Assembly: GCA_002269645.1 (NCBI GenBank)
Contig: NIVC01003461.1
Span: forward strand, 1-64,000
From: Macrostomum lignano
Taxonomy: Eukaryota
Direction: 5' to 3'
Length of the DNA: 64,000 nucleotides
The notes under the pieces were generated by a model, which searched no databases, was not told the origin of the DNA, and saw only the letters and a program-made list of their open reading frames with translations. A program made the translations under genes and the position numbers. The stretch's first letter is position 1; each line of letters opens with the position of its first letter. Of the stretch, positions 14,176-24,464 are shown piece after piece.

Positions 14176-16751
14176 CTAGCAATCTACGCCCCCCGTTGGG
14201 GAGCCAAAGAAATGCAATACACGTTTTTTTAATAAGCTACATGTATCCTTGAAATCTTAAAAAATCTCCTGTCAAACCTTGTAAGCCTCGACATGTCAGT
14301 AATTCCCCCCCCCACAAGCTTTAACATATCAACTTCCCCCTTGACATCTCAGCAATGCCCCCAATAAGCCTTGGAAATCTAAAAATATCTGTCAACCTTC
14401 TAACCCTAACCCTAGCCTAAGCCTAACCCTAACCCTAACCCTAACCCTAACCTAACCCTAAAGCATTGAAATTTCAGTAATTCTCTCTAAGAGTCATTAT
14501 AGCACTACTACAGCATTATAGCGATTCCCTGCAAGCCTCGACATCGTAGGGATTCCCAAATGAGTCTTTTAACTTCGACATGAAGCTTCTTTTATTTTTT
14601 ACATTACGCTTTTTCTATCAGCGATCCCTCCCCAGAGGAGGCATCAAATAATGTAATAAAAAGTTTTCAATAAACTACATGTAGCTTCTGACTTTAGCCT
14701 TGAAATCTCATTTATACCCCCGTGAACCTTGCCATCTCAGCTATTCCCCCCGTAAGCCTTAACATGTCAGCGATGGCCCCCATAAACCTTCTAATCTAAA
14801 AAATCCCCTGTTATTCTGTTAACCTTGAAACCCGCTAAAATATAACCCTCAACCCACACCTGACCTAAACCTAACTTTAACCCAACCTAAAGCCTTGAAA
14901 TCTCAGCAATTCTTCTCCCCTAAGCCTTGACATTTTAGTGATTCCTTCTTTAAGAATCACAGCACTATAACGATTTCCACCAAGCTTTGACATCGTAGCA
15001 ATTCCCAAATGAATCTTTTAACTTCGACATGACTTTTCTTTTATGTATACGTAGTGCTACTTTTATTTTTTACATGACTCTTCTTCTATCAGCGCCCCCC
15101 CGTGGCGAGCCAACAAAGAATGCAATAAAAAATTGAGTAAAGTACATGAACTTTGAAGTAGCTTCTGACTTTTGCTTTGACATCTCAGAAACAACCCCCC
15201 CCCCCCGTAATCTCAGTTATTCTCTGAGAGCCTTTACGTCTCAGTTTTTCTCCCCAGCACAGCATTATAGCTGCATTTAATTTTTACATGACACCCTTCA
15301 TGTCTGACATGATGCTTCTTTTATTGTACCATGATGCTTCTTAATTTTTAAATGACACTTTCATTAGTTTTTAAATGAGGCTTCTATGATTTTTATATGA
15401 CGCTTCTATGATTGTTTACATGACGCTTCTATGATTTTTACATGACGCTTCTATGATTTTTACATGACGCTTCTATGATTGTTTACATGGCGCTTCTATG
15501 ATTTTTTACATGACGCTTCTATGATTGTTTACATGACGCTTCTATGATTGTTTACATGGCGCTTCTATGATTTTTTACATGACGCTTCTATGATTGTTTA
15601 CATGACGCTTCTATGATTTTTTACATGACGCTTCTATGATTTTTTACATGACGCTTCTATGATTTTTTACATGACGCTTCTATGATTGTTTACATGACGC
15701 TTCTATGATTGTTTACATGACGCTTCTATGATTGTTTACATGGCGCTTCTATGATTTTTTACATGACGCTTCTATGATTTTTTACATGACGCTTCTATGA
15801 TTTTTTACATGACGCTTCTATTATTGTTTACATGACGCTTCTATGATTGTTTACATGACGCTTCTATGATTGTTTACATGACGCTTCTATGATTTTTACA
15901 TGACGCTTCTATGATTGTTTACATGACGCTTCTATGATTGTTTACATGGCGCTTCTATGATTTTTTACATGACGCTTCTATGATTGTTTACATGACGCTT
16001 CTATGATTTTTTACATGACGCTTCTATGATTGTTTACATGACGCTTCTATGATTTTTTACATGACGCTTCTATGATTTTGTAAATGACGCATCTATGATT
16101 TTTATATGACGCTTTTTTCTGATATTTTACATGATGCTTCTTTTTAAAAAGTCTTTTAGTTTTCCTGACGTTGAAAAGTTTTAATTAAAAAAATTGTACT
16201 CTATGAAAATTCGAACCATCGTCGCTGCATTTAGCAGTTCAGTTTGTTCACCTCTAGGCTAGCTCTCATCGTTTTGATAACATCAAATTTTGCACTTATA
16301 TAATTCAACACTTTAAAATCCAAGCATAGAGTAAATCACACGAAGCAGTTATGACATAATCAGTTTCTCAGTCAGTCAGTATCAGTTAACAATATGGTTA
16401 CGCAATTTAAATCAAGTCTGGTGCTACGCTTCCACACTGCATTTTCAATTCAAGTCGGAGTTACAATTCAGTTATGATGCAATCTATTTCAGAATCAGAA
16501 TTCAACCAGTCAGTTTTTTCTCTAGCATTCTTACAATGCATTTCAAGTCGAAAAGTTTGCTTGACCTTTGCAAAAAAGCATGTTTTTCGAATATTTAATG
16601 CCTTTAGCATCGAGAAATTTCTTAGCCACGATGCATGTACAGTCACGGGAAAATTTCTGATCGAACAGTGCAAGTTCGAACAAAATCGGTCCAGCCATTT
16701 TTTCTCTAATCGATCACATAGACACAGACAGACCATTTTTAGTATATAGGA
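14176..16751 (-). mobile_element. Non-autonomous Helitron-like element, copy B
   Basis: Minus strand starts TCCTATATACTAAAAATGG (16751) and ends CTCCCCAACGGGGGGCGTAGATTGCTAG (14176). It abuts copies A and C with no spacer. Confidence 0.85.
15375..16140. repeat. Short (about 0.75 kb) array of the same 22-24-bp ACATGACGCTTCTATGATT unit in Helitron B
   Basis: Same unit and same flanks as the array at 1130-13585; variant ACATGGCGC recurs. Confidence 0.95.
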
Positions 16752-16887
16752 CTAGCAATCTTCGCCCCCCGTTGGGGGACATCTGTATAGAATATCTGCT
16801 CTCTACAAGTAACAAAAAGATAGCCAAATAAAGCATTCACAAAGAAAACAGACAAAATACTTAAATGAAGTGCAATGCAAAAAGACA

Positions 16888-17380
16888 GCAAGCATCCCCC
16901 AGATAGCAAGCATCCCCCAGATAGCAAGCATCCCCCAGATAGCAAGCATCCCCCAGATAGCAAGCATCCCCCAGATAGCAAGCATCCCCCAGATAGCAAG
17001 CATCTCCCAGATAGCAAGCATCCCCCAGATAGCAAGCATCCCCCAGATAGCAAGCATCCCCCAGATAGCAAGCATCCCCCAGATAGCAAGCATCCCCAGA
17101 TAGATAGCATCCCCCAAATAGCAAGCATCCCCCAGATAGATAGCATCCCCCAAATAGCAAGCATCCCCCAGATAGCAAGCATCCCCAAGGTAGCAAGCAC
17201 CCCCAGATAGCAAGCATCCCCCAGATAGCAAGCACCCCCCAGATAGCAAGGATCCCCCAGAAAGCAAGCATCCCCAAGATAGCAAGCTTCCCCCAGATAG
17301 CAAGCATCCCCCAGATAGCAAGCATCTTCCAGAGAGCAAGCTCCCCCAGATAGATAGCATCCCCAAATAGCAAGCATCCA
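16888..17380. repeat. 18-bp tandem repeat GCAAGCATCCCCCAGATA (about 27 copies)
   Basis: Directly visible; source of the spurious GDACYL/QIASIP ORFs. Confidence 0.95.
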
Positions 17381-17474
17381 CCAGACAATAAGTAGCTAGT
17401 GCGACAATTTCCTTAGCATTATAGTGGCTCCTTTAAAATTCGCTTACTTTTACGTTTGAAATTGTGTATCTTTT

Positions 17475-19470
17475 ATGTTTGGCATGGTGGCTCTTTAATG
17501 TTTGACATGGTGGCTCTTTTATGTTGACATGGTGGCTCTTTTATACTTGACATGGTGGCTCTTTACTGTTCGAAATGGTGGCTCTTTTATGTTTGACATG
17601 GTGGCTCTTTTAGGTTTGACATGATGGCACTATTATGTTTTGACATAGTGGCTCTTTAATGTTTGACATGGTAGCTCTTAAATGTTTGACATGGTAGCTC
17701 TTAAATGTTTGACATGGTAGCTCTTTTATGTTCAACATGGTGGCTCTTTATTTTTTGACATGGTGGCTCTTTAATGTTTAACCTGGTGGCTCTTTTATGT
17801 TTGACACGGTGGCTTTTATTGTCTGACATGGTGGCTCTTTTATGTTTTACATGGTGGCTCTTTATTGTTTGACATGGTGGCTCTTTAATGTTTAACCTGG
17901 TGGCTCCTTATGTTTGACACGGCGGCTCTCTAATGTTTGACATAGTGGCTATTTAATGTTCGAAATGGTGGCTCTTTAAAGTTTGACATAAAGTCACAAA
18001 TATGTTTGAGATGGTGGCTCTTAAATGTTTGACATGGTGGCTCTTAAATGTTTGACATGGTGGCTCTTTAATGTTCTTCATGGTGGCTCTTCAATATTCT
18101 ACATGGTGGCTCTTTTATGTTCGACATGGTGGCTTTTTAATGTTTGACATGGTGGCTCTTTTATGTTTGACATGGTGGCTCTTTACTGTTTGAAATGGAC
18201 AATGGTGGCTCTTTAATGTTCTACATGGTAACTCTTTTATGTTTGATACGGTGGCTTTTTAATGTCTGACATGGTGGCTCTTAAATGTTAGACAAAGTGG
18301 CTTTTTAATGTTTGACATGGTGGCTCTTTTATGTTTGACATGGTGGCTCTTTACTGTTTGAAATGATGGCTCTTTAATGTTCGAAATGGTGGCTCTTTTA
18401 TGTTTGACATGGTGGCTCTTTACTGTTTGAAATGATGGCTCTTTAATGTTCGAAATGGTGGCTCTTTTATGTTTGACATGATGGCACTTTTATGTTTTGA
18501 CATAGTGGCTCTTTAATGTTTGACATGGTAGCTCTTAAATGTTTGACATGGTAGCTCTTAAATGTTTGACATGGTAGCTCTTAAATGTTTGACATGGTAG
18601 CTCTTAAATGTTTGACATGGTAGCTCTTTTATGTTCAACATGGTGGCTCTTTATTTTTTGACATGGTGGCTCTTTAATGTTTAACCTGGTGGCTCTTTTA
18701 TGTTTGACACGGTGGCTTTTAATGTCTGACATGATGGCATTTTTATGTTTTGACATAGTGGCTCTTTAATGTTTGACATGGTGGCTCTTAAATGTTTAAC
18801 CTGGTGACTCTTTTATGTTTGACATGGCGGCTCTCTAATGTTTGACAAAGTGGCTATTTAATGTTCGAAATGGTGGCTCTTGAAAGTTTGACATAAAGTC
18901 ACATATATGTTTGAGATGGTGGCTCTTAAATGTTTGACATGGTGGCTCCTAAATGTTTGACATGGTGGCTCTTTACTGTTTGAAATGGTGGCTCTTTAAT
19001 GTTCTACATGGTAACTCTTTTATGTTCGACATGGTGGCTTTTTAATGTCTGACATGGTGGCTCCCAAATGTTTGACACGGTGGCTCTTTAATGTTCTTCA
19101 TGGTGGCTCTTTAATATTCTACATGGTGGCTCTTTTATGTTTGATACGGTGGCTTTTTAATGTCTGACATGGTGGCTATTTTATGTTTGACATGGTGGCT
19201 CTTCTATGTTTAACATGGTGGCTCTTTTATGTTTGACACGGTGGCTCTTTAATGTTCGACAAAGTGGCTATTTGATGTTTGATATGGTGACACTTAAATG
19301 TTTGACATAAAGTCACATAAATGTTAGACGTGGTGGCTCGTTTAGTTTTGACATGGTGGCTTTTTAATCGTTGACATGGAGTCACGTATATGTTTGACAT
19401 AGTGCTTATTTTATGTTTGGCATGGTGGCTCTTTTATGTTTGACATGGTGGCTCTTCTATGTTTGACATT
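17475..19470. repeat. About 23-bp degenerate tandem repeat GACATGGTGGCTCTTTTATGTTT
   Basis: Directly visible. Rare variants (GACATAAAGTCAC, AACCTGGTGG, GACATGATGGCAC) recur about 0.9 kb apart, indicating block duplication. Confidence 0.93.
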
Positions 19471-20216
19471 CCGCTTCTATTATGTTTAGCAGTTTTGTGT
19501 TTTTAAGGTGTTTTGATAAAAAAAATCTTTTTGCACTACTAAGATTCGAACCCAGGTCGCTACATTAGCATTCCAGTCTGTTTGCATCTTGGCTATCTAT
19601 TTTCAATTGGAGAACATGAATTGTGGCCCTTATAATTCAATTCTTACAGCAAGTCAATTGGAGTAAAAAGTTATGACATAATCAATTTCTCAGTCAGCCA
19701 GTATCAGTCTCAATTTGAGTTAGCAATATGGTTACGCAATTTCATTCAAGTCGTGTGTGCATTTCTTCGGCACTGTTTTCAACTTGTTGTGATGCAATCT
19801 TTATCAGAATTGAAATGCAGTCAGTCAGTTTTTTCTCTAGCATTTTTACAATGCATTTCAGGTCGAAAATTTTGCTTGACCTTTGCAAAAAAGCATGTTT
19901 TTCGAATAATTAATCCCTTTAAAATTGAGCAATTTCTTAGCCAAGATGCATGTACCGTCCCAGGAAAATTTCTGATCGAATGGTGCAAGTTTGAAGAAAA
20001 TCGGTTGAGCCAATTTTTCTGAAATCTATCGCATACCCACAGACAACTCATTTTTAGTATATAGGATGTACATGTAGCTGGTAAAGTACCATCTATATAC
20101 CATCTTTTTTCATTGGACATTATACTAACAGATAATAGATAAATTACATACATGTACGTCGTCTTCAAACCTCTGTCGAATGCAGTTGCCTAAATAGGAC
20201 CAAATTAAATTTGTTG

Positions 20217-20417
20217 TGTGGCGAGTTGAGCCACATAAAGTTTATTTGAAGTAGCAGGGTGGAGGCGCGCGAGACAAAAGTCTAAAGTTATATAAGCCAG
20301 CGGTGTACACTGGGCAGCCAATCAACGCACAGCGACCATGCACATGGCGCCGACCTCCCCGGCCGGGGTTGGGGGTGGCTGCTGGAGCGCATACGCGCGT
20401 GTGGCGTGACCACCACA
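20217..20417 (-). repeat. 3' LTR
   Basis: TGTGGCGAG...CCACCACA; differs from the 5' LTR by about 7 substitutions and 1 indel counted by eye. Confidence 0.95.
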
Positions 20418-20420
20418 TGG

Positions 20421-20428
20421 CTCCCCCC
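20421..20428 (-). other. Polypurine tract (GGGGGGAG) before the 3' LTR
   Basis: Minus strand GCTGGGGGGAGCCA|TGT. Confidence 0.8.
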
Positions 20429-23400
20429 AGCGCTGGCCTGGACCGAAACCGCGTCGGGCGGCACCGGCGAGGCGGAAGCTGGAGGCGACCAGACGCTGGA
20501 GGCCGGGTCGCTTGCACTGGTGGGAGGCGCGTCGGTGGGAGCCCCGGCGGCGCTTGCGGGTGCGCAGCTGCAAACGGAGGGTCTCCACCACGTGGCAGTT
20601 GTGGCCGGCCGTCCAGGCGGGGGCGGCCTTGTGGCCGCAGAGCCGGAGCCGGAATCGCCTCGCCGGGATCGAGCGCCGCAGGCTTGAGTCTGTCCACTGC
20701 CACGTGATCCTGCCGCGTGCCCAGGTCGAGGCGGAAGGTCTTGTCTCCGCGCTCAAGGACCTTGAAGGGCCCGAAGTACGGCCGCTGCAGAGATGGCCGG
20801 TGGCCGTCGCGGCGGATGAAGACGTGCGTGCAGGACTCCAGGGCAGCAGGCACGGAGGCAGCGACGCGGCCATGACGCGAGGTTGGATCGGGCGGCCGGA
20901 ACGATTGTACCGCGCTGCGTAGCCGGGCCAGGAACTGGTCGTAAGAGCCCTCGGGTGGCGCGGCCTGCAGGCATTCTCCCGGTACCGTCAGCGGGGCGCC
21001 GTAGACCAGCTCGGCCGAGGAGGCGCCGATGTCCTCCTTGGGAACCGTGCGGATGCCCAGCAACGCCCAGGGCAGCTCGTCGGTCCAAGTCGGTCCGGTC
21101 AGGCGCGCCATCAGGGAAGCGTTCCACCAGGCCGTTAGCCTGTGGGTGAAAAGCGGTGGTGTGGTGCAGCCGCGGTCGGACGTGACGTCACTGGGCACGC
21201 CGAAGCGGGCGATCCAACCGGCGATGAAAGCGGACGCGCAGGAGGCAGCGGAAGTGTCGGCCAAGGGGAAAGCCTCCGGCCAGCGGGAGAACCTGTCGAC
21301 GACGGTCAGCAGGTGCGTGAAGCCGCGGGACTGCGGCAGCGGTCCGACAAGGTCGATGTGGACGTGCGCGAAACGGCTGCTGGGCACCGGGATGCTGGCG
21401 GGCGGGGCGGTCACGTGGCGCTGCACCTTAGCCGTCTGGCAGGCGATGCAGCTGCGAGCCCATTGGCCGACGTCCCTGTTGATTCCCGGCCACACGAACT
21501 TCTCGGACACTAGGCGCCGCGTACTGCGTACGGACGGGTGCGCCAGGCCGTGGACTGCGTCGAAAAAGGCGCGGCGGAAGTCGGTGGGCACCAGCGGGCG
21601 CGGGCGGCCGGTCACGGTGTCGCAGATGACCTCCAGGCCGGGACGCAACGTCACGCGCTCGAGCCGCAGGCCGGTGCCGGCGAGCGCGGGATCGTCTGCT
21701 CGCTGCGCGCGTGCCAGGGCCGCGTAGTCGATGCCGGGGAGCAGCGGCTGCACAGAGGCGATGGTGCAGTGGGACAGGGCGTCGGCCACCGGATTGTCCT
21801 TGCCCGCCACGTGCCGGATGTCGGTGGTGAACTCCGACACGTATGCGAGGTGCCGCTGCTGGCGCGCTGACCAGGGATCCGACAACTTGGCCATGGCCGC
21901 GACCAGGGGTTTGTGGTCGGTGTAGGCGGTGAAGATGCGGCCTTCCAAAAAGTAGCGGAAATGCCGCGTGGCCAGATAGAGAGCGGGTAACTCCCGGTCG
22001 AACGCGCTGTACTTTTGTTCAGCCGGTCGCAATTGGCGGCTGAAGAAGGCGAGTGGCCGCCAGGCCTCGCCGAAACGCTGCTCCAGAACCGCCTCGATGG
22101 CGGTGTCCGAGGCGTCGACCGTCAGCGCCGTTAGGGCGTCGGGCTCCGGTGCGCAAGCATGGTCGCGTCAACCAGGGCCTGCTTCGTGCTGTTGAAGGCG
22201 TCCGTCAGCTCCGGTGTCCACTGAGCGATCTTGTCCTTGCTGGCCAGGGCGCCATAGATAGGGCGCAGCAACTGGGCGGCCCGCGGCACGAACCGGTGAT
22301 AGACGTTCACCATGCCGGCAAACTCTTGCAGGCCCTTGACGGTCGCGGGCGGAGTGAATCGGGCGATGGCTTCGACTTTGTCTGGCAGCGGCATGGCGCC
22401 CCGGCTGTTGATGCGGTGGCCTAGAAAGTCGATTTCGCTGCGGCCAAACTGGCACTTGGCTGGATTGATGAGGAGGCCGTTGTCTGCCAGGCGCTGAAAC
22501 AGCGTGCGCAGGTGCTCCAGATGCTGCTGAGGGCCGCTGCTCGCCACTAGGAAGTCGTCGATATAGGCGAACACGAAGTCCAAGCCCTGGCAGACCGTGT
22601 CAATCAGCCGTTGGAAGGCCTGGGCGGCGTTTTTGAGTCCGAATGGCATCCGGAGAAACTCGAACAGGCCGAATGGCGTGATGACGGTCGTCTTGGCGAT
22701 GTCGGCCTCGGCAACCGGGATCTGATGGTAGCCCCGCACCAGGTCGATCTTGGAGAAAATGTTGCACCCGGACAGCCGCGCAGAAAAGTCTTGAATGTGT
22801 GGCACCGGGTAGCGGTCGGGCACCGTGGCGTCGTTGAGCCGCCGGAAATCGCCGCAGGGCCGCCAACCCCCGGAGGCCTTTGGCACCATGTGCAGCGGCG
22901 ACGACCAGGGGCTGCAGGACCGCCGCACGATGCCCAGCTGCTCCAGGTTGCCGAGTTCCTCCTTGGCCACCGCCAGCTTGTCAGGCGGCAGGCGGCGCGC
23001 CCGGGCGTGGACAGGGGGGCCCGTCGTAGGAACATGATGTTGGACCCCGTGGAGCGGCCGGGCTTTCTGGAAACTCGGCTCCGTCAGCGTCGGGAACTCC
23101 GCGAGCAGCTGGCTGTACGGGTCCCCAGCGACGGCGGCGGCGAGCTGAGGTGCCAGGCCGGACCCGAGCAGCAGGTAGGCGCTGGACAGCGAGCTAGTGT
23201 CGAGCAGACGGCGGTTTGGCATGTCCACCAGTAGGCCGAGGTGCCGCAGGAAGTCCGCGCCGATCAACGGCCGTGACAACTCGGCCAGGATGAACGGCCA
23301 GGTGCAGGCCTTGACGCCGAGGTCGAGCGTCAGCGTCCGGCTGCCGAACGTCCGGATCGGGCTGCCGTTGGCCGCGAAAAGCGGCGGGCCGGGTGTGTGC

Positions 23401-23507
23401 GAGCGGGCGTCTGCCCCCGAGACAGGAAAAATGCTCACCTCAGCGCCGGTGTCGACCAAGAAGCGCCGGCCCGTGGCTACGTCGGGGATGAGCAGGAGGT
23501 TGTTGCT

Positions 23508-23552
23508 GCCGGCCGTCGAGGCGTTCACTGACGGCCGGCCGGCCCGTTTCCC
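23508..23552 (-). promoter_or_regulatory. Putative -1 ribosomal frameshift signal at the gag-pol junction
   Basis: G_GGA_AAC heptamer (23546-23552), 6-nt spacer, perfect 10-bp stem GCCGGCCGTC/GACGGCCGGC with a 12-nt loop containing the gag stop. pol is in the -1 frame. Confidence 0.75.
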
Positions 23553-24217
23553 GAGAACTGGCAGGGCGGCTCGCAACGCCGGGCCTTGGCGCCGAACTTC
23601 CGGTGGAAGAAACAGATGAGGCCGTCGGCCTCCCTCGGCTGGTGCTGCTTCGGCTTGGCGCAAGCCGGGCGGGCGGTGGCAGCAACTACCGGCGGGTGCT
23701 CAGGCGGCAGGGTGGCGGTGGCCGCGGGCTGTGCCAGGCTCGCCCAGAGTTCATCCGCGAGTCAAGCAACTGCGCGCGGGTCAGCGAAATCCATGGAGAC
23801 GAGTGCCATGCAAATGTCGGCCGGCATCTGCTGGCGGAAAAGCTCCTCGAAGAGCATGCAGGGCCGATGGTTGCCGAGCAGGGCCAGCATCTCGTCCATG
23901 AGCTCGGACGGGCGGCGGTCACCGAGGCCGGCCAGGTTGAGCAGCCGGCTGGCACGCTGTTGCTGTGTCAGGCCGAATGTGCCGAGGAGGCGGGCCTTGA
24001 GAGTATCGTACTTATTCTCAGCCGGCGGTGTCTCAAGCACGTCCAGCAGGCGCTCGGCTGACTGCTGGTCCAGCGCGGCTACGAGGTGAAAGTATTTGGT
24101 AGCATCTTGCGTGATGTTGCGGAGGACGAATTGCGCCTCTGCCTGGATGAACCAGGCGCGAGGCTGGCTGGCCCAGAATGTGGGCAGCTTGAGGGCTACC
24201 GCAGACTCAGTTGACAT
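23525..24217 (-). pseudogene. gag: gag with an internal premature stop
   Basis: KLPTFW..PRAWFIQAEAQF...LGDRRPSELM N-terminus. In-frame TGA at 23762-23764 (AVA*LADELW), then a C-x2-H-x9-C-x3-C motif ([18 protein letters not shown]) and the true stop at 23525-23527. Confidence 0.9.
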
Positions 24218-24250
24218 ACTGAGGAGTTATTCTCAAACAGGCGGTTGAGA

Positions 24251-24263
24251 GTCGGGCTCACCA
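24251..24263 (-). other. Primer binding site, probably tRNA-Trp
   Basis: TGGTGAGCCCGAC 1 nt after the 5' LTR; one mismatch to the canonical tRNA-Trp PBS TGGTGACCCCGAC. Confidence 0.7.
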
Positions 24264-24264
24264 A

Positions 24265-24464
24265 TGTGGCGAGTTGAGCCACGTAAATTTATTTGAAGTA
24301 GCAGGGTGGAGGCGCGCGAGACAAAAGTCTAAAGTTATATAGGCCAGCGGTGTACACTGGGCAGCCAATCAACGCACAGCGACCGTGCACATAGCGCCGG
24401 CCTCCCCGGCCGGGGTTGGGGGTGGCTGCTGGAGCGCATACGCGCGTGTGGCGTCACCGCCACA
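24265..24464 (-). repeat. 5' LTR
   Basis: TGTGGCGAG...CCGCCACA. Confidence 0.95.

Larger units (their letters stand above)
16752..20066 (-). mobile_element. Non-autonomous Helitron-like element, copy C (diverged subfamily)
   Basis: Minus strand A|TCCTATATACTAAAAATG at 20066 and 3' end GTCCCCCAACGGGGGGCGAAGATTGCTAG at 16752. About 550 bp of the 5' region (19500-20066) is clearly homologous to A/B but diverged; the internal repeats differ. Confidence 0.8.
20242..23552 (-). pseudogene. pol: pol (aspartic protease, RT, RNase H, integrase), disrupted
   Basis: Protease [22 protein letters not shown] and AYIDD, RNase H TVDASD and TDHKPL, integrase HGLAHPS/CIAC and HIDLVGPLP/VDRFSRW/SDRG. 1-nt frameshift near 22149 (MLAH|PEPDA) and deletions in the integrase core near 21115-21172. 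Confidence 0.93.
20217..24464 (-). mobile_element. Ty3/Gypsy LTR retrotransposon, CsRn1/Boudicca/Kabuki-like clade, full length (4248 bp) but decayed
   Basis: Two about 200-bp LTRs (TGT...ACA), 4-bp TSD GTTG (20213-20216 and 24465-24468), PBS, PPT, and gag-PR-RT-RH-IN order. Confidence 0.95.

Noticed and set aside
16739-17388. GDACYL / QIASIP / DSKHPP repeat ORFs
   Set aside because: An 18-bp unit is open in several frames on both strands; repeat artefact.
13874-20168. ORFs MMQSISESEF... / MVCLC... / MCAFLRH... repeated in the Helitron 5' regions
   Set aside because: Short, with no Rep HUH or helicase motifs, and frames are not conserved between A/B and C; they recur only because the DNA is repeated.
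20303-24089. Many + strand and alternative-frame ORFs over the retrotransposon
   Set aside because: Shadow ORFs of GC-rich gag/pol.
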